Below, in pieces: positions 24,422 through 35,711 of a stretch of 37,725 bases of DNA (positions are counted from its first letter, which is position 1; each line of letters begins with the position of its first letter). The notes under the pieces are model-generated. The model did not search any database and was not told the origin of the DNA. It worked only from the letters and a program-made list of their open reading frames with translations. The translations under genes were made by a program, and so were the position numbers. Location of the stretch: the IMG/VR virus record IMGVR_UViG_2721755725_000007; one strand, given 5' to 3'. Source of the DNA: a virus (Duplodnaviria > Heunggongvirae > Uroviricota > Caudoviricetes).

Positions 24422-27067
24422 ATGGCAGGTAATTTTGCCGATCTGACAGCCGTGCTGACACTGGATTCTGCCCGTTTTTCTGAAGAGGCAGCGCGGGTAA
24501 AAAAAGAGCTGGGTGAAACCAGTGCGCTTGCTGATTTGATGTCCGGGAAAGTCAGTCAGTCTTTCAGAAAACAGGCTGATGCTGCTGAGCAGAGTCTGAG
24601 CCGACAGGCGCTGGCTGCACAAAAAGCCGGGATATCAGTCGGACAGTATAAGGCTGCCATGCGCACACTGCCCGCACAGTTCACGGATATTGTCACTCAG
24701 CTTGCCGGTGGTCAGAATCCCTTCCTTATCATGCTGCAGCAGGGGGGGCAGATCAGCGATTCATTCGGTGGACCGCTCAGCCTGCTTACCCTGCTGAAGG
24801 AGGAACTTCTCGGGATCAGGGATGCCTCTGAATCATCAGAGGAGTCGCTGTCAGATACGGCAAATGCACTGGCTGAAAATGCCCGGAATGCCGGTGAGCT
24901 GGGACGATTTATGTCGGTGGCCCGTGTGGCGGCAGGTGGCGGGGTTGCCGTACTGGCCGCGCTTGCTGCCGCCGCCTGGCAGGCAGAGCAGGCTGATCGG
25001 GCCTTATTGCGTTCACTGATCCTGACCGGAGGGGCGGCTGCCACCACAACGGCAGAATTGTGGAAAATGGCCGGGGTGATCAGCGATGAAGCCGGTGGTG
25101 GTATCAGACAGGCGGCAGAAAATCTGGCCCGTCTGGCAGAAAGCGGGAAATATACCGCCGGGCAGCTACGGATCATGGGGGAAACCTCTCAGAGATGGCT
25201 GCAGACGGTGGGGGACGATGCCGGGAAGGTGGAAAAAGCCTTTGAAGGGATTGCAGCAGATCCGGTGAAGGCGCTGGCCTCCCTGAATCAGCAGTATAAC
25301 TTCCTGAGCGTTTCCCAGTTACGCCATATTGATGAGCTTGAGCGCACGAAAGGTAAACAGGCTGCGGTGACGGAGGCGATGTCCCTGTTTGCGGATGTCA
25401 TGAATGCACGTCTGGAGCAACTTGATAAAGCGGCCACGCCGGTGGAAAAAATCTGGGACGATGTTAAAACCTGGACTTCTGACGCATGGGCATGGATAGG
25501 TGATCATACACTGGGGGCACTCAGTCTGATCACTGACGTGGTGGCCGGAACCGTTGAACAAGTGAAGCTGCTGCTTGTGCAGGGGGATCTGGCGCTGGCT
25601 GAATTTATTCAGTCAGCCTGGGAAACGACAAAGAATGTGCCCGGCGTTGGTGCGTTGTTTGGTGAACTGGCAGAAGAGAACCGCGTATTTATTGAGAAAA
25701 CAAAACGCGATGAACTGGCGCTGAGAAAATCCATTGCGGAACGGGATGCGCGTATACGCCAGGGGGAAATAGGGTACATCAACCGCTCGCGTGCAACAGG
25801 CGTCAGCAAAGGTCCAGGGCAGCAGGAAGCCGTCAGCCGTCTGGCTGAAGAGCTGACAGGTAAAAAGCATACATCACCGAAAACGCGCTCTGCCGGGGAG
25901 AGGGAAGAGGAGCAGGCAAGAGAGGCTCTGCTTGCCCTTGAAGCTGAGCTCAGGACGCTGGAAAAACACAGCGGTGCGAATGAGAAAATCAGCCGGCAGC
26001 GCCGTGATTTATGGAAGGCGGAAAGTCAGTATGCGGTCCTGAAAGAGGCTGCCACGAAACGACAGTTATCTGAGCAGGAAAAATCCCTGCTGGCGCATAA
26101 AGACGAGACGCTGGAGTACAAACGCCAGCTGGCTGAGCTGGGCGACAAGGTTGAATACCAGAAACGCCTGAATGAGCTGGCACAGCAGGCGGTGCGGTTT
26201 GAAGAGCAGCAGAGCGCGAAGCAGGCCGCCATCAGCGCAAAAGCCCGCGGTCTCACTGACCGTCAGGCGCAGCGGGAGTCTGAAGCGCAGCGTCTTCGGG
26301 ACGTGTACGGTGATAATCCGGCTGCGCTGGCGAAGGCCACATCGGCACTGAAGAACACCTGGTCTGCGGAGGAGCAGCTTCGTGGAAGCTGGATGGCCGG
26401 GCTGAAGTCCGGCTGGGGCGAGTGGGCGGAAAGTGCGACGGACAGTTTTTCGCAGGTTAAAAGCGTGGCCACGCAGACCTTTGACGGTATTGCACAGAAT
26501 ATGGCGGCGATGCTGACCGGTGCAGAGGCAGACTGGCGGGGATTCACCCGTTCGGTGCTGTCCATGATGACAGAAATCCTGCTTAAACAGGCCATGGTGG
26601 GCATTGTCGGGCGTATCGGCAGCGCCATTGGCGGTGCTTTCGGTGGTGGTGCGTCTGCCTCCACGGGGACGGCCATTCAGGCTGCGGCGGCGAACTTCCA
26701 TTTCGCGACCGGGGGATTTACGGGGACGGGGGGTAAATATGAACCTGCGGGAATTGTTCATCGCGGGGAGTTTGTCTTCACGAAGGAGGCAACCAGCCGG
26801 ATTGGCGTCGGCAACCTGTACCGCCTGATGCGGGGCTATGCGGAAGGGGGTTATGTGGGCGGTGCCGGAAGTCCGGCGCAGATGCGGCGGACGGAAGGCA
26901 TTAATTTTAATCAGAACAATCACGTGGTGATTCAGAACGACGGCACCAACGGACAGGCGGGGCCGCAGCTGATGAAGGCGGTGTATGACATGGCCCGCAA
27001 GGGGGCGCAGGATGAGCTCCGGCTGCAGTTGCGTGATGGCGGTATGTTATCAGGGAGCGGACGATGA
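24422..27067 (+). CDS. H: tail tape measure protein H
   Basis: ATG 24422 nine nt after AGGAGG; long blocks (e.g. QSLSRQALAAQKAGISVGQYKAAMR..., ...LRTLEKHSGANEKISRQRRDLWKAESQYAVL..., ...FHFATGGFTGTGGKYEPAGIVHRGEFVFTKEATSRIGVGNLYRLMRGYA...) match lambda gpH as recalled. Confidence 0.9.
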   Translation: MAGNFADLTAVLTLDSARFSEEAARVKKELGETSALADLMSGKVSQSFRKQADAAEQSLSRQALAAQKAGISVGQYKAAMRTLPAQFTDIVTQLAGGQNPFLIMLQQGGQISDSFGGPLSLLTLLKEELLGIRDASESSEESLSDTANALAENARNAGELGRFMSVARVAAGGGVAVLAALAAAAWQAEQADRALLRSLILTGGAAATTTAELWKMAGVISDEAGGGIRQAAENLARLAESGKYTAGQLRIMGETSQRWLQTVGDDAGKVEKAFEGIAADPVKALASLNQQYNFLSVSQLRHIDELERTKGKQAAVTEAMSLFADVMNARLEQLDKAATPVEKIWDDVKTWTSDAWAWIGDHTLGALSLITDVVAGTVEQVKLLLVQGDLALAEFIQSAWETTKNVPGVGALFGELAEENRVFIEKTKRDELALRKSIAERDARIRQGEIGYINRSRATGVSKGPGQQEAVSRLAEELTGKKHTSPKTRSAGEREEEQAREALLALEAELRTLEKHSGANEKISRQRRDLWKAESQYAVLKEAATKRQLSEQEKSLLAHKDETLEYKRQLAELGDKVEYQKRLNELAQQAVRFEEQQSAKQAAISAKARGLTDRQAQRESEAQRLRDVYGDNPAALAKATSALKNTWSAEEQLRGSWMAGLKSGWGEWAESATDSFSQVKSVATQTFDGIAQNMAAMLTGAEADWRGFTRSVLSMMTEILLKQAMVGIVGRIGSAIGGAFGGGASASTGTAIQAAAANFHFATGGFTGTGGKYEPAGIVHRGEFVFTKEATSRIGVGNLYRLMRGYAEGGYVGGAGSPAQMRRTEGINFNQNNHVVIQNDGTNGQAGPQLMKAVYDMARKGAQDELRLQLRDGGMLSGSGR

Positions 27068-27393
27068 AAACCTTTCGCTGGAAAGTGAAGCCGGATATGG
27101 AGGTGAACTCGCAGCCATCGGTGCGTGAAGTGCGTTTTGGTGATGGGTACTCACAGCGTATGGCGGCAGGGCTGAATGCTGACCTGAAAACATACCGTGT
27201 GACGCTTTCCGTGACCCGGGAGGAGGCCCGGCATCTGGAAGCGTTCCTGGCAGAGCACGGAGGCTGGAAGGCATTTTTGTGGAAGCCACCCTATGCATAC
27301 CGGCAGATAAAGGTGACCTGTGCCGGGTGGTCTGCGCGGGTCGGGATGTTGCGCGTTGAGTTCAGCGCGGAGTTTAAGCAGGTGGTGAACTGA
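27064..27393 (+). CDS. M: minor tail protein M
   Basis: 109-aa ORF overlapping the H stop (ATGA); position and size of lambda gpM. Confidence 0.85.
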   Translation: MKTFRWKVKPDMEVNSQPSVREVRFGDGYSQRMAAGLNADLKTYRVTLSVTREEARHLEAFLAEHGGWKAFLWKPPYAYRQIKVTCAGWSARVGMLRVEFSAEFKQVVN

Positions 27394-28090
27394 TGCAGGA
27401 TATTCACGAAGAAAGTCTGAACGAGTCGGTTAAATCAGAGCAGTCACCGCGGGTGGTACTCTGGGAAATCGACCTGACGGTGCAGGGTGGTGAGCGGTAT
27501 TTTTTCTGCAATGAGCTGAATGAAAAAGGGGAGGCGGTTACCTGGCAGGGGCGGGAATATCAGGCATACCCGATTGACGGCAGCGGTTTTGAGATGAACG
27601 GGAAGGGCAGCAGTGCCCGCCCGTCGCTGACGGTGTCGAATCTGTTCGGTCTGGTCACCGGAATGGCGGAGGACCTGCAGAGCCTGGTGGGGCCACGGTG
27701 GTCCGCCGCCGGGTGTATGCCCGTTTTCTGGATGCGGTGAATTTTGTGGCAGGCAATCCGGAAGCGGACCCGGAGCAGGAGCTGAGCGACCGCTGGGTGG
27801 TGGAGCAGATGTCAGAGCTGACGGCCATGACAGCCTCGTTTGTGCTGGCAACACCGACGGAGACGGACGGGGCGCTGTTTCCTGGTCGCATCATGCTGGC
27901 GAACACCTGTATGTGGACCTACCGCTCTGATGAATGCGGGTATAACGGTCCTGCGGTGGCGGATGAGTTCGACAACCCCACCACGGATATCCGTAAGGAC
28001 AGATGCAGCAAGTGCATGCGCGGGTGTGAGATGCGCGGCATGGTGGCTAATTTTGGCGGTTTCCTTTCCATTAATAAACTTTCGCAGTAA
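27393..28090 (+). pseudogene. L: minor tail protein L, interrupted by a 1-nt frameshift in a G4 run (27689-27692)
   Basis: Two ORFs (27393-27740 and 27698-28090, the latter in the -1 frame) together cover the lambda gpL sequence; adding one G to the run would restore ...QSLVGATVVRRRVYARFLDAVNF..., colinear with lambda L. Confidence 0.65.
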
Positions 28091-28100
28091 ATCCCGGTTT

Positions 28101-28844
28101 ATGACACAGACTGAATCAGCGATTCTGGCGCATGCCCGGCGGTGTGCGCCTGCGGAGTCGTGCGGCTTCGTGGTGAGAACGCCGGAGGGGGAGCGGTATA
28201 TCCCTTGTGTGAATATCTCTGCAGAGCCGGAGGCGTATTTTCGTATTGCACCGGAAGACTGGCTGCGGGCAGAGATGCAGGGGGAGATTGTGGCACTGGT
28301 CCACAGTCATCCCGGTGGTCTGCCCTGGCTGAGCGAGGCCGACCGGCGGCTGCAGATAAAAAGTGCACTGTCCTGGTGGCTGGTCTGCCGGGGGGACATT
28401 CATAAATTCCGCTGTGTGCCACATCTGACAGGACGGCGCTTTGAGCACGGGGTGACGGACTGTTACACGCTGTTCCGGGATGCATACCATCTGGCGGGAA
28501 TTGATATGCCGGATTTTGAGCGTGAGGATGACTGGTGGCGTAACGGTCAGAACCTTTACCTGGACAATATGGCGGTCACCGGCTTTTACCGGGTGCCCCT
28601 GTCCTCTGCACAGGCGGGCGATATCCTGCTGTGCTGCTTTGGCGCATCGGTGGCCAATCATGCCGCCATTTACTGCGGCAACGGTGAACTGCTTCACCAT
28701 CTGCCTGAACAACTGAGTAAACGGGAGAGGTATTCTGAAAAATGGCAACGACGAACGCATTCTGTCTGGCGTCACCGCCACTGGCACGCATCTGCCTTCA
28801 CGGGGATTTGCAACGATTTGGCCGCCGCCTCAGCCTGTACGTGA
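28101..28844 (+). CDS. K: tail tip assembly protein K (JAB/MPN + NlpC/P60-like)
   Basis: ATG 28101; product MTQTESAILAHARRCAPAESCGFVV...HSHPGG... matches lambda gpK; the track ORF from 27840 is an in-frame upstream extension. Confidence 0.85.
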   Translation: MTQTESAILAHARRCAPAESCGFVVRTPEGERYIPCVNISAEPEAYFRIAPEDWLRAEMQGEIVALVHSHPGGLPWLSEADRRLQIKSALSWWLVCRGDIHKFRCVPHLTGRRFEHGVTDCYTLFRDAYHLAGIDMPDFEREDDWWRNGQNLYLDNMAVTGFYRVPLSSAQAGDILLCCFGASVANHAAIYCGNGELLHHLPEQLSKRERYSEKWQRRTHSVWRHRHWHASAFTGICNDLAAASACT

Positions 28845-29422
28845 ACACGGCAGCGGAAGCCATCCGTGCCCTGTCGCTGCAGATGCCGGGATTCCGCCGT
28901 CAGATGAACGAAGGCTGGTACCAGATACGTATTCGCGGTGAGGACACGGCACCGGAGGCGGTGTACGCCCGTCTTCACGAACAGCTGGGTGAGGGAACGG
29001 TCATCCACATTGTGCCGCGACTGGCCGGGGCCGGAAAGGGTGGACTGCAGATTGTGCTGGGGGCGGCAGCCATCGTGGGCTCTTTCTTCACTGCCGGGGC
29101 ATCGATGGCGTTATGGGGTTCAGCCCTGGCAGCCGGTGGTTTTTCTGCCACCACGATGCTGTTTTCACTGGGTGCCAGCATGATACTGGGTGGTGTGGCA
29201 CAGATGCTGGCCCCGAAGCCAAAAACACCGGAATACAGGGCAACGGATAACGGTAAACAGAACACGTACTTTTCGTCGCTGGATAACATGATTGCCCAGG
29301 GGAACCCGATGCCGGTGCCTTACGGTGAAATGCTGGTTGGCTCACGGCGAATCTCCCAGGACATCAGTACCCGTGATGAAGGCGGTGACGGGAAGGTGGT
29401 GGTTATCGGGCGGCAGGGGTAA
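28742..29422 (+). CDS. I: tail assembly protein I
   Basis: Product MATTNAFCLASPPLARICLHGDLQRFGRR... with hydrophobic Gly/Ala-rich C-terminal half, matching lambda gpI; overlaps the 3' end of K as in lambda. Confidence 0.85.
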   Translation: MATTNAFCLASPPLARICLHGDLQRFGRRLSLYVNTAAEAIRALSLQMPGFRRQMNEGWYQIRIRGEDTAPEAVYARLHEQLGEGTVIHIVPRLAGAGKGGLQIVLGAAAIVGSFFTAGASMALWGSALAAGGFSATTMLFSLGASMILGGVAQMLAPKPKTPEYRATDNGKQNTYFSSLDNMIAQGNPMPVPYGEMLVGSRRISQDISTRDEGGDGKVVVIGRQG

Positions 29423-29658
29423 AGCATAAAAAAATCCCGCAGTGTATGGAGGCTGCGGGAACAGAAAATGAAGATTAACCACAGGGAGTTTTGTTTTTAT
29501 TGGCCCGAAAAAACTGTAACGCCCGGGAATGATATCTGCCACGGGGGCGTACAGAAAATGTGAAGAAATTCAGAAATTTTATTCCGTCATGACACAGGCA
29601 CCCTCCGGGATGCCTGTTGTTTTTGTGCGTAACAGTTATCACAGTAAAGGGTGAGACA

Positions 29659-32600
29659 ATGGGCAAAGGTGGTGGCAAGGCGCACACGCCGGTTGAGGCA
29701 AAGGACAATCTTAAGTCCACGCAGATGATGAGCGTGATTGATGCGATTGGTGAAGGGCCGATTGAAGGTCCGGTGAAGGGGCTGCAGAGTATTCTGGTGA
29801 ACAAAACCCCGCTGACGGACACGGACGGTAATCCCGTGATACACGGTGTGACTGCGGTCTGGCGTGCCGGGGAGCAGGAGCAGACACCACCGGAAGGCTT
29901 TGAGTCCTCCGGAGCTGAAACCGGACTGGGCGTGGAAGTGACGAAGGCAAAACCGGTGACGCGCACCATTACGTCCGCGAACATTGACCGCCTGCGGGTT
30001 ACCTTCGGGGTGCAGTCACTGGTGGAGACCACCTCAAAGGGTGACCGTAACCCGGCATCCGTCCGCCTGCTGATTCAGTTACAGCGTAACGGTAACTGGG
30101 TGACAGAAAAGGATGTCACCATTAACGGCAAGACCACCTCGCAGTTCCTGGCGTCGGTGATTCTGGATAATCTGCCGCCCCGGCCCTTTAACATCCGGAT
30201 GGTCAGGGAGACGGCGGACAGCACCACGGACCAGCTGCAGAATAAGACGCTGTGGTCGTCATACACCGAAATCATCGATGTGAAACAGTGCTACCCGAAC
30301 ACGGCCATTGTGGGGCTGCAGGTGGATGCGGAGCAGTTCGGCGGCCAGCAGATGACGGTGAACTACCATATCCGCGGTCGCATCATCCAGGTGCCGTCAA
30401 ACTACGACCCGGAAAAACGCACTTACAGCGGTATCTGGGACGGCAGTCTGAAACCGGCATACAGCAACAACCCGGCCTGGTGTCTGTGGGACATGCTGAC
30501 CCACCCGCGCTACGGGATGGGGAAACGCCTGGGGACCGCGGACGTGGACAAATGGGCGCTGTATGCCATCGGGCAGTACTGTGACCAGCGTGTCCCGGAC
30601 GGCTTCGGAGGGACAGAGCCGCGGATGACCTTTAATGCGTACCTGTCACAGCAGCGTAAGGCGTGGGATGTGCTCAGTGATTTCTGCTCGGCGATGCGCT
30701 GTATGCCGGTATGGAACGGCCAGACGCTGACGTTCGTTCAGGACCGCCCGTCGGATGTGGTGTGGCCGTACACCAACTGCGATGTGGTGGTGGATGATAA
30801 CGGCGTGGGGTTTCGCTACAGCTTCAGCGCCCTGAAGGACCGCCACACGGCGGTGGAGGTGAATTACACCGACCCGCAGAACGGCTGGCAGACCTCCACG
30901 GAACTGGTGGAAGACCCGGAAGCCATACTGCGCTACGGGCGCAACCTGCTGAAGATGGATGCGTTCGGCTGCACCAGTCGCGGTCAGGCCCACCGTGCCG
31001 GGCTGTGGGTGATAAAGACCGGACTGCTGGAAACGCAGACGGTGGATTTCACGCTCGGGTCACAGGGGCTGCGTCACACACCCGGTGACATTATTGAAAT
31101 CTGTGATAACGACTATGCCGGGACCATGACCGGCGGACGTGTCCTGTCCATCGATGCCGCCAGCCGCACCCTGACACTGGACCGTGAGGTGACCCTGCCG
31201 GAGACAGGTGCCGCCACGGTGAACCTGATTAACGGCAGCGGTAAGCCGGTGAGCGTGGCCATCACTGCACACCCCGCGCCGGACCGGATACAGGTCAGCA
31301 CCCTGCCTGATGGTGTGGAGACATACGGTGTATGGGGACTCTCCCTGCCGTCACTGCGTCGTCGCCTGTTCCGCTGTGTCTCCATCCGGGAAAACACGGA
31401 CGGCACCTTTGCCATCACGGCGGTGCAGCACGTACCGGAAAAAGAAGCCATCGTGGATAACGGGGCCAGCTTTGAGCCGCAGTCAGGCACCCTGAACAGC
31501 GTTATTCCACCGGCAGTGCAGCACCTCACGGTGGAGGTGAGCGCGGCTGACGGCCAGTATCTGGCACAGGCGAAATGGGACACGCCGCGGGTGGTGAAGG
31601 GGGTGCGCTTCAGTCTGCGACTGACCAGCGGAAGCGGAGAAGGCAGCCGTCTGGTGACCACCGCCATCACCGCGGATACAGAGCATCGTTCCAGTGGTCT
31701 GCCGCTCGGGGAATACACCCTGACAGTCAGGGCAATTAACAGCTATGGCCAGCAGGGCGAACCGGCCACCACCACCTTCCGGATTAACGCGCCAGCAAAA
31801 CCCGCCACCATTGAACTGACGCCGGGGTATTTTCAGATAACGGCGGTCCCGCGTCTTGCGGTGTATGACCCGACGGTACAGTTTGAGTTCTGGTTTTCGG
31901 AGACAAAAATCGCAGACACATCTCAGGTGGAAACCTCTGCCCGTTATCTGGGGACCGGCAGTCAGTGGAGTGTATCCGGCCCGCACATTAAGCCCGGGAA
32001 GGATTTCTGGTTTTACGTGCGCAGCGTCAACCTGGTGGGGAAATCTGCGTTTGTGGAAGTCAGCGGGCAGCCCAGCAATGATGGTGAAGGGTATCTGGAA
32101 TTTTTCCGGGAAAAAATAGGAAAACTGCATCTGGCTCAGGGGCTGTGGGAGCTGATAGACAACAGCCAGCTTGCGGATGAGATGGCGGAGATGAAGACCA
32201 CCATCACCGAAACCCGCAATGAAATCACACAGACGGTCAGTAAAACGCTGGAAGACCAGAGCGCCACCATTCAGCAGATACAGCGCGTGCAGAAGGACAC
32301 AAATGATGACCTGGCTGCGCTGTACATGCTGAAGGTTCAAAAAACGAAAGACGGCATTCCCTATGTGGCCGGGATTGGTGCAGGGATTGAGGATACTGAT
32401 GGCCAGCCACTGAGCAACATACTGCTGCTGGCTGACCGTATCGCGATGATAAATCCGGAGAGCGGCAACAGCACGCCGTTATTTGTGGCGCAGGGGAATC
32501 AGCTGTTCATGAACGACGTGTTCCTGAAACGACTGTTTGCGGTGAGCATCACGTCATCCGGCAATCCTCCGGCATTTTCCCTGACGCCGGACGGGCGACT

Positions 32601-33135
32601 GACGGCGAAAAATGCGGATATCAGTGGCAGTGTGAATGCGAACTCAGGGACGCTCAACAACGTCACGATTAATGAGAACTGTCAGATTAAGGGGAAACTG
32701 TCAGCCAACCAGATTGAAGGCGATATTGTCAAAACGGTCAGCAAGTCTTTCCCCCGCACGAGCACTTATGCCAGTGGCACCATCACGGTAAGAATCAGTG
32801 ATGATCAGAAGTTTGACCGGCAGGTCATGATACCGCCAGTGTTATTCCGCGGTGGTAAGCATGAGAATTTCAACAGTAATAACCAACAGTCATACTGGTA
32901 TTCAACCTGCCGGTTAAGAGTGACCCGCAATGGTCAGGAGATTTTTAATCAGTCCACGACGGATGCTCAGGGCGTATTTTCCTCAGTTATAGATATGCCT
33001 GCCGGACAGGGGACGCTGACACTGACATTCACCGTATCTTCATCAGGAGCGAATAACTGGACACCAACAACCAGTATCAGCGATCTGCTGGTTGTTGTGA
33101 TGAAGAAAGCCACCGCAGGCATCAGTATCAGCTGA
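29659..33135 (+). CDS. J: host-specificity / central tail fibre protein J
   Basis: ATG 29659 after AAGGG; product [39 protein letters not shown]... and many later blocks match lambda gpJ as recalled. Confidence 0.9.
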   Translation: MGKGGGKAHTPVEAKDNLKSTQMMSVIDAIGEGPIEGPVKGLQSILVNKTPLTDTDGNPVIHGVTAVWRAGEQEQTPPEGFESSGAETGLGVEVTKAKPVTRTITSANIDRLRVTFGVQSLVETTSKGDRNPASVRLLIQLQRNGNWVTEKDVTINGKTTSQFLASVILDNLPPRPFNIRMVRETADSTTDQLQNKTLWSSYTEIIDVKQCYPNTAIVGLQVDAEQFGGQQMTVNYHIRGRIIQVPSNYDPEKRTYSGIWDGSLKPAYSNNPAWCLWDMLTHPRYGMGKRLGTADVDKWALYAIGQYCDQRVPDGFGGTEPRMTFNAYLSQQRKAWDVLSDFCSAMRCMPVWNGQTLTFVQDRPSDVVWPYTNCDVVVDDNGVGFRYSFSALKDRHTAVEVNYTDPQNGWQTSTELVEDPEAILRYGRNLLKMDAFGCTSRGQAHRAGLWVIKTGLLETQTVDFTLGSQGLRHTPGDIIEICDNDYAGTMTGGRVLSIDAASRTLTLDREVTLPETGAATVNLINGSGKPVSVAITAHPAPDRIQVSTLPDGVETYGVWGLSLPSLRRRLFRCVSIRENTDGTFAITAVQHVPEKEAIVDNGASFEPQSGTLNSVIPPAVQHLTVEVSAADGQYLAQAKWDTPRVVKGVRFSLRLTSGSGEGSRLVTTAITADTEHRSSGLPLGEYTLTVRAINSYGQQGEPATTTFRINAPAKPATIELTPGYFQITAVPRLAVYDPTVQFEFWFSETKIADTSQVETSARYLGTGSQWSVSGPHIKPGKDFWFYVRSVNLVGKSAFVEVSGQPSNDGEGYLEFFREKIGKLHLAQGLWELIDNSQLADEMAEMKTTITETRNEITQTVSKTLEDQSATIQQIQRVQKDTNDDLAALYMLKVQKTKDGIPYVAGIGAGIEDTDGQPLSNILLLADRIAMINPESGNSTPLFVAQGNQLFMNDVFLKRLFAVSITSSGNPPAFSLTPDGRLTAKNADISGSVNANSGTLNNVTINENCQIKGKLSANQIEGDIVKTVSKSFPRTSTYASGTITVRISDDQKFDRQVMIPPVLFRGGKHENFNSNNQQSYWYSTCRLRVTRNGQEIFNQSTTDAQGVFSSVIDMPAGQGTLTLTFTVSSSGANNWTPTTSISDLLVVVMKKATAGISIS

Positions 33136-33154
33136 ATTTTATAACCCATATACG

Positions 33155-33178
33155 GGCGCCAGAAATGGCGCCTTTTTT
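33155..33178 (+). terminator. intrinsic terminator after J
   Basis: GGCGCC-AGAAAT-GGCGCC followed by TTTTTT. Confidence 0.6.
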
Positions 33179-33202
33179 ATTGCAGAAAAGCGAGAGGTAA
33201 TT

Positions 33203-33802
33203 ATGCGTAAACTTTATGCCGCCATTTTGTCCGCAGCCATTTGTCTGGCCGTATCCGGTGCGCCTGCATGGGCATCTGAACATCAGTCCACGCTGAGCGC
33301 GGGGTATCTTCATGTCTCGACGAACGTTCCCGGCAGCGATGAACTGAACGGGATTAACGTGAAATACCGTTATGAGTTTACGGACACACTGGGGATGGTG
33401 ACGTCGTTCAGCTATGCAGGAGACAGGAATCGCCAGCTGACCCATTACAGCGATACCCGCTGGCATGAAGATTTCGTTCGTAACCGCTGGTTCAGCGTAA
33501 TGGCGGGGCCGTCTGTGCGCGTGAATGAATGGTTCAGCGCGTATGCGATGGCGGGAGTGGCTTACAGCCGTGTGTCGACTTTCTCCGGGGATTATCTCCG
33601 CGTAACTGACAACAAGGGGAAAACGCACGATGTGCTGACCGGAAGTGATGACGGTCGCCACAGCAACACGTCTCTGGCGTGGGGAGCTGGCGTGCAGTTT
33701 AACCCGATCGAATCCGTGGCCATTGATATTGCTTATGAAGGCTCCGGCAGTGGCGACTGGCGCACTGACGGTTTCATCGTGGGTGTCGGTTATAAATTCT
33801 GA
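33203..33802 (+). CDS. lom: Lom outer-membrane protein (Ail/Lom family beta-barrel)
   Basis: Signal peptide MRKLYAAILSAAICLAVSGAPAWA; C-terminus ...IAYEGSGSGDWRTDGFIVGVGYKF identical in pattern to lambda Lom. Confidence 0.85.
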   Translation: MRKLYAAILSAAICLAVSGAPAWASEHQSTLSAGYLHVSTNVPGSDELNGINVKYRYEFTDTLGMVTSFSYAGDRNRQLTHYSDTRWHEDFVRNRWFSVMAGPSVRVNEWFSAYAMAGVAYSRVSTFSGDYLRVTDNKGKTHDVLTGSDDGRHSNTSLAWGAGVQFNPIESVAIDIAYEGSGSGDWRTDGFIVGVGYKF

Positions 33803-33828
33803 TTAGCCAGGTAACACAGTGTTATGAC

Positions 33829-33855
33829 AGCCCGCCGGTTCAGGCGGGCTTTTTT
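33829..33855 (+). terminator. intrinsic terminator after lom
   Basis: AGCCCGC ... GCGGGCT stem followed by TTTTTT. Confidence 0.6.
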
Positions 33856-33866
33856 GTGGGGTGAAT

Positions 33867-35180
33867 ATGGCAGTAAAGATTTCAGGTGTACTGAAAGACG
33901 GCACAGGAAAACCGGTAGAGAACTGCACCATTCAACTGAAAGCCAGACGGACCAGCAGCACGGTGGTGGTGAACACGGTGGCCTCTGAAAATCCGGATGA
34001 AGCCGGTCGTTACAGCATGGACGTTGAGTACGGTCAGTACAGCGTCATTCTGTTGGTGGAAGGATTCCCGCCGTCACATGCCGGGACCATCACCGTGTAT
34101 GAAGATTCCCGACCCGGTACGCTGAATGATTTTCTCGGTGCCATGACGGAGGGTGACGTCCGGCCGGAGGCACTGCGCCGTTTTGAACTGATGGTGGAAG
34201 AGGTGGCGCGTCACGCTGAGGAGGCGAAGAAGAATGCCGGAGAGGCGGAGACGTCAGCGAGGAATGCCGGCATATCAGCCAGTCAGGCAGAAGAGAGCGC
34301 TGCAAATGCTGACACTTCAGCAGGGGAGGCATCGGAGTCAGCCCGGCAGGCGGCAGAAAGTGCAGCCGCTGCAAAGCAGTCAGAGGATGCGTCCTCGTCC
34401 TCGGCTTCTGCGGCCGCTCAAAAAGCCAGTGAGTCATCACAAAGTGCAGCAGAAGCTGAATTGTCAAAAAAGACGGCAGAAAGTGCAGCCGGTAATGCAG
34501 CCAGGGATGCAACGACCGCAACAGAAAAAGCCCGGGAGTCAGCAGAAAGCGCACAGTCAGCGGAACAAAGCAGGATAGCGGCGGAAGAAGCCGTAAACAG
34601 AATCCCCACCGTGGTGGGACCTCCCGGGCCAAAGGGGGAACAGGGGCCCGCGGGTCCTCAGGGGCCGAAGGGTGATAAGGGAGAGCGCGGTGACACCGGC
34701 CCTGTCGGGGCAACCGGCGAACGGGGACCGGCAGGTGATGCTGGTCCGGCAGGCCCGCAGGGGCCGAAAGGTGACAGGGGAGAGCGGGGAGAGACCGGTC
34801 TGACGGGAAATGCAGGTCCACAGGGTCCAAAGGGAGACACCGGGGCAGCAGGCCCGGCAGGCCCACAGGGACCGAAAGGAGAAACAGGTGCGGCTGGCCC
34901 GGTGGGGGCAACCGGACCTCAGGGACCGAAGGGCGACCCGGGGGAGACACAAATACGGTTCCGTCTGGGGCCGGGAAACATTATTGAGACAAACAGCCAT
35001 GGCTGGTTCCCGGATACAGATGGCGCACTCATCACCGGACTGACCTTTCTTGACCCCAAAGATGCCACACAGGTTCAGGGGCTGTTTCGGCATTTGCAGG
35101 TCAGGTTTGGTGACGGGCCGTGGCAGGATGTTAAGGGGCTGAATGAAGTGGGCAGTGATACAGGCAGAACAGGAGAATGA
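33867..35180 (+). CDS. stf: side tail fibre protein (Stf-like N-terminus with collagen-like Gly-X-Y repeat region)
   Basis: N-terminus [38 protein letters not shown]... matches lambda Stf; Ala/Ser-rich repeats then about 35 Gly-X-Y triplets (about 34620-34930); ends at about 438 aa, much shorter than lambda Stf. Confidence 0.8.
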   Translation: MAVKISGVLKDGTGKPVENCTIQLKARRTSSTVVVNTVASENPDEAGRYSMDVEYGQYSVILLVEGFPPSHAGTITVYEDSRPGTLNDFLGAMTEGDVRPEALRRFELMVEEVARHAEEAKKNAGEAETSARNAGISASQAEESAANADTSAGEASESARQAAESAAAAKQSEDASSSSASAAAQKASESSQSAAEAELSKKTAESAAGNAARDATTATEKARESAESAQSAEQSRIAAEEAVNRIPTVVGPPGPKGEQGPAGPQGPKGDKGERGDTGPVGATGERGPAGDAGPAGPQGPKGDRGERGETGLTGNAGPQGPKGDTGAAGPAGPQGPKGETGAAGPVGATGPQGPKGDPGETQIRFRLGPGNIIETNSHGWFPDTDGALITGLTFLDPKDATQVQGLFRHLQVRFGDGPWQDVKGLNEVGSDTGRTGE

Positions 35181-35181
35181 C

Positions 35182-35451
35182 ATGAACATACTAAAAAAAC
35201 TTATGCAGCGTCTGTGCGGGCACGGAAAGCATGATGACCGTGAACACGGGGGGTTACTTACAGCACAACTGCGACTGGGGCCGGCAGACATCCTGGAGTC
35301 CGATGAGAATGGTATTATTCCGGAGCAGGACAGGGTAATCACGCAGGTGGTGATACTGGATGCGGATAAAAAGCAGATACAGTGCGTGGTAAGACCGCTG
35401 CAAATTCTGCGTGCTGACGGGAGGTGGGAAAATATTGGCGGAATGAAATAG
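35182..35451 (+). CDS. hypothetical protein downstream of the tail fibre gene
   Basis: ATG 35182 after AGGAG, immediately after the stf stop; 89 aa; no family recognised; followed by terminator. Confidence 0.45.
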   Translation: MNILKKLMQRLCGHGKHDDREHGGLLTAQLRLGPADILESDENGIIPEQDRVITQVVILDADKKQIQCVVRPLQILRADGRWENIGGMK

Positions 35452-35469
35452 CCGACAGCTTCACAAAAA

Positions 35470-35493
35470 CCGGAGTCCGGCTCCGGTTTTTTG
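35470..35493 (+). terminator. intrinsic terminator
   Basis: CCGGAG-TCCGG-CTCCGG followed by TTTTTT. Confidence 0.6.
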
Positions 35494-35592
35494 TTGTCAT
35501 GTCCGGTGGATGTTTGTTAGGAATGTTCAGACAGGTTTATTTTGAATTTACACAGAATCCTAAACAGGTTCGAGAATTAAGAAAGAGGTTGT

Positions 35593-35661
35593 ATGTTTAG
35601 CATAAGAACCCTACTACCTATTAGCGCCAGCGTATCAGTTCCGACAAAACAATCTCGGTAA
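35593..35661 (+). pseudogene. 5' fragment of an unidentified gene cut by the IS1 insertion
   Basis: AAGAAAGAGG SD then ATG 35593; 22 codons (MFSIRTLLPISASVSVPTKQSR) run into the IS1 left end where a stop is created. Confidence 0.3.
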
Positions 35662-35711
35662 TGCTGCCAACTTACTGATTTAGTGTATGATGGTGATTTT
35701 AAGGTGCTTGC

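Noticed and set aside
26066-26923. 285-aa ORF on the - strand
   Set aside because: Lies entirely inside the tape-measure gene H, whose + strand product matches lambda gpH; antisense shadow ORF in GC-rich coding sequence.
27840-28100. Upstream extension of gene K to ATG 27840
   Set aside because: Overlaps gene L; the K homology (MTQTESAILAHARR...) starts at ATG 28101.
31483-32340. 285-aa ORF on the - strand
   Set aside because: Inside gene J, which is supported by strong similarity to lambda gpJ on the + strand.
34090-35342. Two long - strand ORFs (286 aa and 261 aa) and apparent tandem repetition
   Set aside because: They overlap the collagen-like Gly-X-Y region of the tail-fibre gene; the periodicity is codon repetition within a protein-coding repeat, not a CRISPR array or independent genes.
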